Origin: a virus
Lineage: Duplodnaviria; Caudoviricetes
Reading direction: 5' to 3' (one strand)
Length of the DNA: 64,000 nt
IMG/VR virus record: IMGVR_UViG_3300005805_000084
Location: 2,120-66,119 of that record
Part shown: positions 44,600 to 54,194 of the stretch, one piece after another
Position numbering within the stretch: the stretch's first letter is position 1
Layout of the letters: every line of letters begins with the position of its first letter
Made by a program: the position numbers and the translations under genes
The notes under the pieces: generated by a model
The model's input: only the letters and a program-made list of their open reading frames with translations
Databases searched by the model: none
Told to the model about the DNA's origin: nothing

Positions 44600-45250
44600 C
44601 ACTACAGTAGGTTACGCTGACTAGTAACTTTCCTCTGTACACCGATCAATCCACTCCTAATCTGTCGGGCGTTCGGCGTGGATGTAAGGTCTATGCTGGG
44701 ACGCCATAATGCTCCAGAGGAGTCCGCCTAGGCAACGGCCCTCACTGCTCCGCCAGAGCAGCCTTACAAGGAGCGCCCCCTTTCAAGGATGGCCCCAGTT
44801 CTCCAGCAGGACTGGGGCTTTCCATTTCCCCCAACAAGGCGCACAGCAGAACTGGCTGCCGTTCATGCACAGGGTCTAACGAACTGGGACGGTGCGGCAG
44901 AAAGCGGTCAGGCGAGTGTGCTAGGACCGACAGGGTGGTGGCGAGAGACTAGAGCCCTGCAGCACAGGTGAGCGTCCCCTGCTCAGACAGTCTGGTCCTG
45001 TTGAACGTCGGAAGGTTGACTCCGACCAACCCCTACGTGGCTCCCTTCATCCGACAAGGAAACGGTCGGTGCCAAGAGAACGAGGTGAATACGCCAGCCA
45101 TCTCCTAGGAGGTGGCTTGCCCTTCGTTCTCCGCTTACCCTCTAGGAAACGAGTTAGGTACCACAAGGAGATGAGGAACAGTGGGGATATACAAGGGGAT
45201 CCCAGACGACTCCTAATGGAATGGGGATGGACTCTGGGTTCATGGTTCCC
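44600..45250 (+). ncRNA. Candidate structured non-coding region (one or more ncRNAs)
   Basis: About 650 nt without a credible ORF; many stems. Confidence 0.35.
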
Positions 45251-45252
45251 TC

Positions 45253-45657
45253 ATGGCGATCACCGCTAGGAAAACCAAGCCCGAGCTTTGGAGTCGGATT
45301 GTTCGTGAGGTCACCGCTTCCTCGAAGGGCGGTCGTGCTGGGCAGTGGAGCGCTCGCAAGGCTCAGCTGGCGGTGGCTCGGTACAAGAAGGCTGGCGGTG
45401 GTTACAGCGGTGCCAAGAGCCCATCCAACAGTCTGGCCAAGTGGACCCGTGAGGACTGGGGCACCAAGAGCGGCAAGAACTCGGTGGTTGGCAAGGGTGC
45501 TACTGGAGAGCGGTATCTGCCCAGAAAGGCCAGAGAGGCCTTGTCCTCCTCGGAGTACGCCGCAACCAGTGCGGTGAAAAGGGAGGGTATTCGACGCGGC
45601 ACCCAGTTCGTGTCCCAGCCCAAGCGCATCGCTCAGAAGACCTCTCGGTATCGGTGA
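45253..45657 (+). CDS. Small basic protein (DUF5872-like)
   Basis: TKPELW.RIV.EV...SKGG..GQWSARKAQL....YKKAGGGY. Confidence 0.7.
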   Translation: MAITARKTKPELWSRIVREVTASSKGGRAGQWSARKAQLAVARYKKAGGGYSGAKSPSNSLAKWTREDWGTKSGKNSVVGKGATGERYLPRKAREALSSSEYAATSAVKREGIRRGTQFVSQPKRIAQKTSRYR

Positions 45658-45709
45658 GGGCCTGCGACTCCTCATCGACATGTTGGAAACCTCGGTCTAA
45701 AGGACGCTC

Positions 45710-46147
45710 ATGGCTGCTACGGTTACTCTTTACAACAACGCCCTGAGGGAAATGGCTCAGGGAACCATTCGCTTTGATGGCTCCACCGCGATGAAGCTGT
45801 TGCTGGTGGCTAATTCATCCACCTACACCGCCCTCAAGTCGCATACGGTCAAGACCGACTTCACCGGCAACGGCGGAGTGGAGGCGTCCGGAACCCTCTA
45901 CACGGCTGGCGGAAACGCGGTCACATTCTCCTCTGGCAGCGTCACCATCGACAGCGGAACCAACGCCATCAACATCGCGATCCCTGCGACCAGCTGGCCA
46001 AACTCGACGATACCATCGGTCAAGGCGGCGATCCTTCTGACGAGCTTGGACAAGCTGGTGGCCTATGCGGACTTCGGCACCACGGTGTCTTCCAGCAATT
46101 CAACCTTCACGGTGACGTTCTCCACTCCGATCAAGCTGCAGAACTGA
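45710..46147 (+). CDS. Virion structural protein (beta-rich)
   Basis: T/S/G/A-rich, heads the fibre cluster. Confidence 0.6.
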   Translation: MAATVTLYNNALREMAQGTIRFDGSTAMKLLLVANSSTYTALKSHTVKTDFTGNGGVEASGTLYTAGGNAVTFSSGSVTIDSGTNAINIAIPATSWPNSTIPSVKAAILLTSLDKLVAYADFGTTVSSSNSTFTVTFSTPIKLQN

Positions 46148-46156
46148 TCCAACCGC

Positions 46157-46624
46157 ATGCCGCTGGAACTGGTCAATGTAGGGCTGGCCCCGAATGACGG
46201 CACTGGTGATCCGCTGAGAACAGCGTTCATCAAGGTCAACGGGAACTTCAGCGAGATCTACAACGCCATCAATCCCACAAGCAGTGGGAATGTCCTGATC
46301 GCGGGCAACCTCGAGGTCGACGGGTTTGTCACGTTCAACCTGCTGAATGCGGGGCAGGTTATCTTCACGGACGCGAACAAGAACCTGCACACCAAGACGC
46401 CTGTAGATGCACGTACGGCGCTTCAGACCACCACCTACACGCACACGCAGGGCGTTGCCGCAAACCCTTGGGTGATCAATCACAACCTCAATGCGTTTCC
46501 GACCGTTTGGGTGATCGATCCTCTGGGTCGCGCCGGATGGACCGAGGTTGAGTATGTCGATGCCAATACTGTCCGAGCGCACTTCCCAGGAGCACAGACC
46601 GGAACCGCCTATTTGAACTTCTAA
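46157..46624 (+). CDS. Tail fibre-associated protein
   Basis: NDGTGDPLRTAF.K.N.NF N-terminal fibre/baseplate motif; W.INHNL C-terminal domain. Confidence 0.7.
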   Translation: MPLELVNVGLAPNDGTGDPLRTAFIKVNGNFSEIYNAINPTSSGNVLIAGNLEVDGFVTFNLLNAGQVIFTDANKNLHTKTPVDARTALQTTTYTHTQGVAANPWVINHNLNAFPTVWVIDPLGRAGWTEVEYVDANTVRAHFPGAQTGTAYLNF

Positions 46625-46636
46625 AGAGACCCCACC

Positions 46637-49600
46637 ATGCCAGTCCCATTTCTCAACAGCGTCAACCTCAACAAGAACGAGGTTCAGAACTTCAAGGTCT
46701 TCAACATCGGGAATGATCCGACCCCGACGCTGACCGCCAACGATGGAGGATACTTCTGGTTCGATAGCACCACTACGCCAACGCCTGTTCTTCGCCTGAA
46801 GTATTGGACCGGCACCGAAGCTCGCACGTTGCTCGACAGTGCCTCGACCACCATCGTCGCTGCGGATCTCTCTGGTGGTGCTGCTGGTAGCCTTCCGTAT
46901 CAGGTCGGCGCTGGAAACACAGACTTCCTTGGCATTGGCGCTGCGAATCAGGTTCTGACGGTTAAAACCGATCTATCCGGTCCTCAATGGACTAGTCAGA
47001 GCAACCTATCTGTCGGCACTGCGACGTGGTTGGCCGGTGGCGCTCAGGGTGACATTCCGGTGCAGTCTTCGGCTGGTCAGACTGGCTTTCTAAACATCGG
47101 CGCTGCCGGTCGCATCCTGACCTCGGACGGCAGCACCCCTGTCTGGTCCGCCACGATTCCTTCCAGCTCTGTCTCTGGCCTAGCCGCCTCGGCTACGACT
47201 GACACGACCAACGCTGCCAACATCACCAGCGGCCTGCTTCCTCTGGCTCGGTTGGAGTTGGCTGACGGCAGCTTCTACGTCGGCAATGGCTCGAATGTCC
47301 CAACGGCGACCGCCAAGAACCTCATACCCATTAGCGGATTTGGTGCGGCCACTGCGGCTGTCGCGATGGGAAACCAGAAGATCACTGGCCTCGCGGATCC
47401 TGTGGATGCCACCGACGCTGCCAATCGCAAGTACGTTGATGAGGTGGCGCAGGGGCTGGACGTCAAGGCGAGCTGTCTTGTTGCAACGATTGCCAACATT
47501 GACCTAAGCGCACCTGGTTCATCCATAGACGGCATTTCTTTGGCCCCTTCTAATCGTGTTCTGGTCAAGGATCAGACTGATAAGAAACAGAACGGCATCT
47601 ACGTCTGGAATGGCGCTGCGGTCGCAATGACCCGCTCGCTGGATGCGGACACCGTGGCCAAGCTGGTTGGCGCATTCACCTTCGTCGAGCAGGGCACCAA
47701 CGCAGATTCCGGATGGGTCTGTCAGGTTGACAGCGGAACCATTGGGTCGGTTGACATTGAGTGGACCAAGTTCAGCCAAGCTGGCTCCTACACCGCAGGC
47801 AACGGCATGGTGCTGTCGGGTGGGGTGTTCCACTTCGCCAAGTCGACCGCCTACACAGAGGGTCAGATTCCGTTCTGCTCAAACACCCCAACCGCGAACA
47901 GGATCGGCTTCTCCTCGAACCTTAGCTGGGACAACTCCAACAACCGCCTAGGCATTGGGACGGCGACGCCTCGGGTTTCATTGGATGTCGCATCTGGAGA
48001 AATTTACAGCAGCGGCCAGATCACTTGGGGCGGCAGTAGCCCAACGGCAAATCAAGGATTCCTGTCCTATACTGGCGGAAATGCCGCAATAGGATCTGCC
48101 GGAGCAACTGCGCTGCTGCTTTACACCAACTCATCCGAACGCCTCCGCATCGCCTCCGACGGCGTATGCACATGGAGCAACGTTGGTGGGGTGGCTGGCA
48201 CCGCAATGACCCTGAATGCGACGGGGTTGGGGGTGGGGGCTACGCCGTCCGCTGCGATCCATTCGGCAAAAGCTGCTGCCGCGAATCCCACTGGAGGCTC
48301 TGCCGCTGGTGCTGGCCTCTACGTCTCCAATGTCAATCCACTCTACGGAATGATGTTTGGTGTGAATGGAGGTGGCGTCGGATGGATTCAGCAGCAACGG
48401 AGTGACACCAACACCCAATACGATCTCTCGCTTCAGCCTCTCGGCGGCAACGTCGGCATCGGGACCGCGACGCCGCTCTACACATTAGACGTCGCTGGAG
48501 ACACGCGGATTGGCGGCACCGGCCTTGCTTATGGACGGCTGACGGTGAACAAATCGACTAGTGGTTCGACACTGAACCTCAGTCTCGCTGGGACATCTGG
48601 CTACACGGAGCTGATGTTCACGAACTACAACGACAACACCGGAGCTTCTGGTTGGACATCCTTCATTCGTAGCAACACCAACGCGGCATCCAACTACGCC
48701 TCGGATCTGGTGTTCGGTACATCGAGCCCAACTTTAGGCGCTCCGGTCCCGAGGATGACGCTGGATCACAACGGAAACCTTGGGTTGGGAGTGACGCCTA
48801 GTGCTTGGGGATCTTCATACAAGGCTATCCAAATTGGTCAAGTTGGGTCGATTAACTATAAAAACTTCACCATTGCGATTGGAGGAAACTACTACAACGA
48901 CGGAACGAATGATGTCACTCTGATCAACGGTTATCGCTCAAAATACGAGCAGAACCTAAGCAATGGCACACACATTTGGTACCAAGCTGGCATTGGCACT
49001 GGCAACGTAAGCTGGAACCAGTCAATGACCCTCGACGCCTCGGGGAATCTGGGCATCGGGACGGCGTCGCCATCAAATAGAGTTGAAATTCGAGGCGCAG
49101 GTCAAGCAACGGCTTCTGTTGCGGATTCCGGAGATGGATCGGCACTGATGCTGTCGGATACCGGATTTGGTTCAAACGCTGGCGGCCTGCTGCTCTTCGG
49201 ATATAACGTCCAGAACGGATACAAAGCTCAAGTCGGCATTAAATTGGTCGGTATTGATGGATTTAATAACGGACGTGGAGACATGGTGTTTGTCACCAGA
49301 ACCTCCACTTCTGCGACGACTTTGACCGAAAAGATGCGGCTGGACTCCTCCGGCAACCTTGGCATCGGGACGGCGTCGCCGAATACGAATCTCACAATAG
49401 GAAATGATGGAAATGGAAGCGCCACAGTAAAACTTGGATTCTCGACCGCATATGCCGAACGAGGTTCTGTAAGTATGGCAGGGAATACCGGCGAGTTGAG
49501 GCTGACGGCAGGTTTTAGCGGATACGGTGGTTTTACTACTTTTTACACGAACGGCTCGTTGGCAGCCACGCTCTCGTCTGACGGCAACCTTGGGTTGGGC

Positions 49601-51256
49601 GTCACTCCCGCTTCAACTGTCCGCTTGGATGTCGCGCAAACTTCTCGGATCTCTTTCTTCGTCAATGGCGCGGACACGGAGATGCGGTCGACGAATCTCG
49701 CTGGATCCGCATTCGCCAAGGGCACGTTCAACGCAACCAGCTTTGACTGGGGGCTTTCCAATTCGTTTGGGAAGATGGTCCTCGACGCATCGGGGAGGCT
49801 GCTTGTAGGGACCACCAACACATATGATTTCAACGGGCAGGCGAACTTGGTTGTCGCTGGCACCGCAAACAATTCGACGATTACGTTAGCGTCCACAGGA
49901 ATCGGATACATTGCATTCGCGGATGGCACGAGTGGCACGAGTCGATATGCCGGACGCATCGACTACAATCACTCGACAGACTCCATGGTGTTCCACACGG
50001 CAGCAGTGGACCGCCTCACGCTAAACGCCTCCGGCAACCTTGGCTTGGCCGCCACTCCCAGTGCGTGGATTTCCGCATATAGAGCGATTGAAATTGGGAC
50101 TACCACGGGTTTGTACGGGCGCGCAGACAGCACGATGGAGCTTTCCCTTGCGCTGAACTGCTATCGAGACAACAGCGGTGCATGGGTTTATCGGAACAAC
50201 GGAACGGCTGCGCTTTATAACCAAAATGTAGGGTATCATTATTGGTACAGCGCAACCGCCGGAACGGCTACAAACAACATCACTTTCGGCGACCCAAAGA
50301 TGACCCTCGACGCCTCGGGGAATCTGCTTGTTGGCGTCACCAGTGCAACAGGATCTGGAAAGATTCAGACGGCCAGCTCAATACGCATCAGTGATTCTGG
50401 ATCTGAAACCAATGCATTGCTAATTTCAAGTAGTGCAACTGCATCGACGATCGAGACTAGATATGGGACTCCAATCATTTTTGGCACCAATGCTGCCGAG
50501 CGTGCCCGTCTCACTTCATCTGGGGTCCTTCTTTTCTCCACCAACGGCACCGCCTCCGCACCAACCATAGCCAACTCGGACAATCCCGACACCGGCCTCT
50601 ACTGGCCCACTGATGCAGACACCCTCGCGCTGGCGGTGGGCGGGAGTGATGCGGTGTATATTGATGCGAATAGGAACGTTGGATTCGGATGCACTCCATC
50701 GGCTCCGATTACAGTAAAATCTCGCAGCTCGGACAACCTTAGCATTCGGATCCTCCAATCGAGTGGTGGCGCTGGGAATATCCAGTGGACCGACGATCCT
50801 GTAAGTGTTCAGTGGGGTGCGATTTCTGTCACAAGCTCGGTCTTTAGCCTCATTTCAAACAGTGTTCTGACGTTTTCCACAAACGCCACCGAACGCCTCC
50901 GAATCAAGTCCACCGGCCAGATCAACTTTGCCAGCATTGCTCCTGACCCCACTGGTGCGGCTGGCGATCTGTACTACTCCACCGGCAATGTGCTCAAGAT
51001 GCACAACGGCACCGCGTGGCAGCAGTTGAGCCGGAAGTACACTGTGGCGCTGAACGATGGAAGCGTGACTGTGGCGGGCAATGCCTATACGATCACTCAC
51101 AACATGGGCAGCCAAGACATCACTGTCAGTGTCCGGCGTACCACTGATAACGCCGTAGTGTTGACTGATGTGTCGATGCCCAATAACACGACTGCAATCA
51201 TCACATTCGCTGCGGCCATCACCGCGTCGCAGTACGTTGTCACCGTCATCGGCTAA
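46637..51256 (+). CDS. Long tail fibre (1539 aa), modular repeats
   Basis: ITGLADP..ATDAAN..YVD head, about 10 (E)RL/MTL...GNLG(I/L)G(T/V)..P repeats. Confidence 0.85.
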   Translation: MPVPFLNSVNLNKNEVQNFKVFNIGNDPTPTLTANDGGYFWFDSTTTPTPVLRLKYWTGTEARTLLDSASTTIVAADLSGGAAGSLPYQVGAGNTDFLGIGAANQVLTVKTDLSGPQWTSQSNLSVGTATWLAGGAQGDIPVQSSAGQTGFLNIGAAGRILTSDGSTPVWSATIPSSSVSGLAASATTDTTNAANITSGLLPLARLELADGSFYVGNGSNVPTATAKNLIPISGFGAATAAVAMGNQKITGLADPVDATDAANRKYVDEVAQGLDVKASCLVATIANIDLSAPGSSIDGISLAPSNRVLVKDQTDKKQNGIYVWNGAAVAMTRSLDADTVAKLVGAFTFVEQGTNADSGWVCQVDSGTIGSVDIEWTKFSQAGSYTAGNGMVLSGGVFHFAKSTAYTEGQIPFCSNTPTANRIGFSSNLSWDNSNNRLGIGTATPRVSLDVASGEIYSSGQITWGGSSPTANQGFLSYTGGNAAIGSAGATALLLYTNSSERLRIASDGVCTWSNVGGVAGTAMTLNATGLGVGATPSAAIHSAKAAAANPTGGSAAGAGLYVSNVNPLYGMMFGVNGGGVGWIQQQRSDTNTQYDLSLQPLGGNVGIGTATPLYTLDVAGDTRIGGTGLAYGRLTVNKSTSGSTLNLSLAGTSGYTELMFTNYNDNTGASGWTSFIRSNTNAASNYASDLVFGTSSPTLGAPVPRMTLDHNGNLGLGVTPSAWGSSYKAIQIGQVGSINYKNFTIAIGGNYYNDGTNDVTLINGYRSKYEQNLSNGTHIWYQAGIGTGNVSWNQSMTLDASGNLGIGTASPSNRVEIRGAGQATASVADSGDGSALMLSDTGFGSNAGGLLLFGYNVQNGYKAQVGIKLVGIDGFNNGRGDMVFVTRTSTSATTLTEKMRLDSSGNLGIGTASPNTNLTIGNDGNGSATVKLGFSTAYAERGSVSMAGNTGELRLTAGFSGYGGFTTFYTNGSLAATLSSDGNLGLGVTPASTVRLDVAQTSRISFFVNGADTEMRSTNLAGSAFAKGTFNATSFDWGLSNSFGKMVLDASGRLLVGTTNTYDFNGQANLVVAGTANNSTITLASTGIGYIAFADGTSGTSRYAGRIDYNHSTDSMVFHTAAVDRLTLNASGNLGLAATPSAWISAYRAIEIGTTTGLYGRADSTMELSLALNCYRDNSGAWVYRNNGTAALYNQNVGYHYWYSATAGTATNNITFGDPKMTLDASGNLLVGVTSATGSGKIQTASSIRISDSGSETNALLISSSATASTIETRYGTPIIFGTNAAERARLTSSGVLLFSTNGTASAPTIANSDNPDTGLYWPTDADTLALAVGGSDAVYIDANRNVGFGCTPSAPITVKSRSSDNLSIRILQSSGGAGNIQWTDDPVSVQWGAISVTSSVFSLISNSVLTFSTNATERLRIKSTGQINFASIAPDPTGAAGDLYYSTGNVLKMHNGTAWQQLSRKYTVALNDGSVTVAGNAYTITHNMGSQDITVSVRRTTDNAVVLTDVSMPNNTTAIITFAAAITASQYVVTVIG

Positions 51257-51261
51257 GTCTC

Positions 51262-51897
51262 ATGGATCTTCTTAACAACCTCAAACTGGCCAATCCCACA
51301 GCCTACACCACGGCCTCAAACGCCACCAAGGTGTTGGTGCTGGATGCCTCGACCAATGTCATCAAGACGCGGTCCACGGCAGATGTGGTGACGGATGGTG
51401 GTGGTGGATCTGGATCAACGGCTAGAACGTTTCAAACGACCATTATCCCAGCACTTGGCGGAGCCAGCGTGGATACGATTGACTGTGATGATGCGAACAA
51501 CGGTTATGGTTGGCCAGACGTAGGCGACGACTTGGCCGACAGCAAAAAGAAGGCTTACAAGTTCGCGGTTCCATTCAATCCAACCAATTACAGGTTTACA
51601 GCTCTATGTGTTTCTGATGCTGATCAGGGTTTGGGTGCAACCGCTGGTGAATTCGGAATCAAGTTTCAATGGTCTACAGACGACACAACATGGTCAACGA
51701 ACGGAACTGATCACGACATTGCGACTCTTAACTTTAGAGGAAAGGTGTTGGGCGATTTTGCATCTGTGAGCGGAAGCCTTTCGATCTCCGGAAGTCCAAC
51801 CTTGGTCTATATACGCTGCATTCGGGTAAACACGTTGAACAATGACAACGATGCGTCCATCCGAGCAAGAGCATTCATCGCCAACTTCTGGAACTAA
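51262..51897 (+). CDS. Fibre-associated hypothetical protein
   Basis: Follows fibre; beta-rich. Confidence 0.6.
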   Translation: MDLLNNLKLANPTAYTTASNATKVLVLDASTNVIKTRSTADVVTDGGGGSGSTARTFQTTIIPALGGASVDTIDCDDANNGYGWPDVGDDLADSKKKAYKFAVPFNPTNYRFTALCVSDADQGLGATAGEFGIKFQWSTDDTTWSTNGTDHDIATLNFRGKVLGDFASVSGSLSISGSPTLVYIRCIRVNTLNNDNDASIRARAFIANFWN

Positions 51898-51936
51898 CCT
51901 TGCCCGCGCTCACTCTCTAGCTACCATCGCGCTCCT

Positions 51937-52104
51937 ATGACGATCGAAATCACCAAGGAACAAGCTCAAGTCCTCATCAACCTCATCGACGTGGCCGTCA
52001 AAGCAGGCGGCATCCAAGCAGCTCGCGCTGGCGTCTTCTTCACCGATCTCGTCTCTGCGGCTGCCGCCAAGGAGGAGTCACTCAACAAGGAACCTAAGGA
52101 ATAG
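51937..52104 (+). CDS. 55-aa hypothetical protein (MTIEITKEQAQVL...)
   Basis: Clean ORF with typical codons; not in ORF track. Confidence 0.65.
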   Translation: MTIEITKEQAQVLINLIDVAVKAGGIQAARAGVFFTDLVSAAAAKEESLNKEPKE

Positions 52105-52106
52105 TC

Positions 52107-52436
52107 ATGAATTGGATCATCGAACAGATGTGGGTGAAGCCCTCTGAAGGGCCGCTCACCAACGTCGTCGTCACGGCTGCCTGGCGCTGTAATGGCGAGC
52201 AGGTCAGCGGCGGCAAGACCTACACCGGCACTTGCTACGGAACCGCCTCATTCGAGGCTCCGGATCCGAGCGCCTTCGTGCCGTACCCGAATCTGACGCA
52301 GGCCGAGGTATTGGGCTGGGTGTGGGCTGCTGGCATCGACAAGACCGCCACTGAGGCGTCTGTGCAGAGCCAGATCAACAACCAGATCAATCCTCCGATT
52401 ATCGTTCCGCCGTTGCCTTGGGCCGCAGCGGCCTAA
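52107..52436 (+). CDS. Fibre-associated small protein (possible assembly chaperone)
   Basis: NW.I..M......NVV....WRC...FVPY..LT...VLGWVW...LPW. Confidence 0.6.
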   Translation: MNWIIEQMWVKPSEGPLTNVVVTAAWRCNGEQVSGGKTYTGTCYGTASFEAPDPSAFVPYPNLTQAEVLGWVWAAGIDKTATEASVQSQINNQINPPIIVPPLPWAAAA

Positions 52437-52442
52437 CCTAAC

Positions 52443-52748
52443 ATGGATTCAAGTGCCGATGCCGTGCATCAAACGATGCGCGAAAGGGGAACCGTCTACG
52501 GAGAACCCCATCACTCGCACAAGAACATTGGTCTGGAGTGGACTGGAATCCTCCAGCAGTTCTACGGCATCGAGCTCCCTTCTCCAATCCCAGCCCACGT
52601 CGTGGAGCTGATGATGGCGAGCTTCAAGATCCACAGGGCGGTGAGGGTCTTCCACAAGGACAACTACATCGACTGCCGCGCCTACCTTGAGTTCGCAGAG
52701 CACGGCCACGAGCACCCGAACGAGCCTTTCGTTCGACACAAGTTGTAG
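52443..52748 (+). CDS. DUF6378-like protein
   Basis: RERG..YG.P...H..IG..W...L...V.LMM...KI.R. Confidence 0.65.
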   Translation: MDSSADAVHQTMRERGTVYGEPHHSHKNIGLEWTGILQQFYGIELPSPIPAHVVELMMASFKIHRAVRVFHKDNYIDCRAYLEFAEHGHEHPNEPFVRHKL

Positions 52749-52809
52749 GCCCCCGCTTACAACTTCCTCTCCCTAGAGCTGCAAGCCGTTGGGCATCAAA
52801 TGCCTGATC

Positions 52810-52859
52810 GCGGTTTTGTAAACCGTCGGTCGTCGGTTCGAGTCCGACAACTGGCTCCA
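52810..52859 (+). mobile_element. attP core: 3' half of tRNA-Thr(UGU)
   Basis: Anticodon arm GCGGT-TTTGTAA-ACCGT, T arm gtcggTTCGAGTccgac, 3' CCA; no matching 5' acceptor strand upstream; 166 nt before integrase. Confidence 0.85.
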
Positions 52860-52946
52860 GCCTCAATCACAAGGAAAGCCCCTCTATCCTTGTGGATTCT
52901 TGATGCCTCCGATGGTGCAGCTTGGTGCAGCTTGGTGCATCTATCG

Positions 52947-52974
52947 TTGACATTTGTGAGCGATCTCTTACAAC
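52947..52974 (+). promoter_or_regulatory. Putative integrase promoter overlapped by CTTACAAC repeats
   Basis: TTGACA-16 nt-TACAAC. Confidence 0.5.
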
Positions 52975-53025
52975 AGACTTACAACGAGTCGACGGTTTTC
53001 CGAACCGCTGTCGACCAACGAAGCT

Positions 53026-54156
53026 GTGAAGGTCACGCTCAGGCGCATCAAAGACGGTGGCAACCCTGTCTGGCAGGTGCGGTATTGGCAGGGCGGACGG
53101 TACGTTCGGAAGCAGTTCAGGGATCGCGGGGCCGCTGAGAGCCACCGAGGGCTGCTGGAGCAGGAGTCCGATAGCGTCAGGCGTGAGGAGCTGCCCCCTT
53201 CCGAGAAGCTGTCCCTTCTGTCCGCTCACAGGAGGGCCATTGCTGGCGGCTACAGCCTCGCACAGGCGTGCGACGTGTATGAGCGCACCGTGGGTAGCAG
53301 CCTGAAGAGAATCGGGCTTGGTGAGGCGATCTGTGAGTTCCTAGCAGCCAAGGCATCGAAGGGGCTGCGACCCAGATCGCTTGGAGATTTGGAAGTGAGA
53401 CTCAACAGGTTCAAGGTGAAGGTCGGAGAGGCCGTTCAGGTCTCGTCCATACCGACGTCTAGGATTGAATCCTTCATGGAGCGTGGCTGGGAGGCTCAGA
53501 CTCGGATCAACTGGCTTGTCGTTCTCGGGAACTTCTTCCGGTGGTGCGTCCGAAGGAGGTACGCCCTTGCGAATCCGGTGTCTGAAATCGAACGCCCTCT
53601 TCTCGAGCCAGAGCAGCCAAGGCCGCTGACCGTGGAACAATGCTCCAAGATTCTTTTGGATACCTGTTCGATGAAGCCGCAGTTGATCCCGTATGTATCC
53701 ATAAGCCTGTTCGCTGGCCTGAGGAATAGCGAGCTGTCGCGGCTGACGTGGAACGACGTTGACCTCAATCAGGGGGTGATCCGCGTTGAGGCTGGCAAGG
53801 CCAAGACCAGATCCAGACGCGTCGTCACGATCCAGACCAACCTCAAGGAGTGGCTCGCGATGGGCGGCAGGCTGCCCGCAAGGGTGACCAAGGCCGAGTG
53901 GATCAGGATCAGGCCCGAGGGCTACAAGGTGGACCAGATGCGCAGGACCTTCTGCACCTACCATCTTGCGGCGTTTGGATCTGCGGCAAAGACCGCACTC
54001 GAGGCCGGTCACAGGGAAGCGGTGCTGTTCCGGCACTACAGGGGAATTACCGACGAGGCCTACGCGCTAAGATTCTGGGATCTTTCACCCAAGAAGGTAC
54101 TAGGCCTGCTTCGTGGCGATGCATCAGAGAACTCCCATGAAGCACCACACCAGTAG
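53026..54156 (+). CDS. int: Phage integrase (tyrosine recombinase with arm-binding N-domain)
   Basis: FAGLRNSEL, DQMRR, AGH...FRHY; adjacent to tRNA-derived attP. Confidence 0.9.
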   Translation: MKVTLRRIKDGGNPVWQVRYWQGGRYVRKQFRDRGAAESHRGLLEQESDSVRREELPPSEKLSLLSAHRRAIAGGYSLAQACDVYERTVGSSLKRIGLGEAICEFLAAKASKGLRPRSLGDLEVRLNRFKVKVGEAVQVSSIPTSRIESFMERGWEAQTRINWLVVLGNFFRWCVRRRYALANPVSEIERPLLEPEQPRPLTVEQCSKILLDTCSMKPQLIPYVSISLFAGLRNSELSRLTWNDVDLNQGVIRVEAGKAKTRSRRVVTIQTNLKEWLAMGGRLPARVTKAEWIRIRPEGYKVDQMRRTFCTYHLAAFGSAAKTALEAGHREAVLFRHYRGITDEAYALRFWDLSPKKVLGLLRGDASENSHEAPHQ

Positions 54157-54166
54157 CAACCTAGAC

Positions 54167-54181
54167 AGGTGTTGTACACCA
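54167..54181. promoter_or_regulatory. Palindromic operator (site 5)
   Basis: aggtgttgtacacca. Confidence 0.75.
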
Positions 54182-54194
54182 ACCCACTCACCAC

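Noticed and set aside
44936-45000. AGAGACUAGA resembles the group I intron R element (as in the Azoarcus intron)
   Set aside because: No UAGUC S partner (only CAGUC), no consistent P3/P4/P6 could be built, and no interrupted gene; a local hairpin explains the flanks
52790-52859. Complete tRNA-Thr gene
   Set aside because: No 5' acceptor strand or D arm upstream; called as attP core. The - strand ORF 52624-52866 (LEPVVGLEPTT) is the usual tRNA antisense artefact
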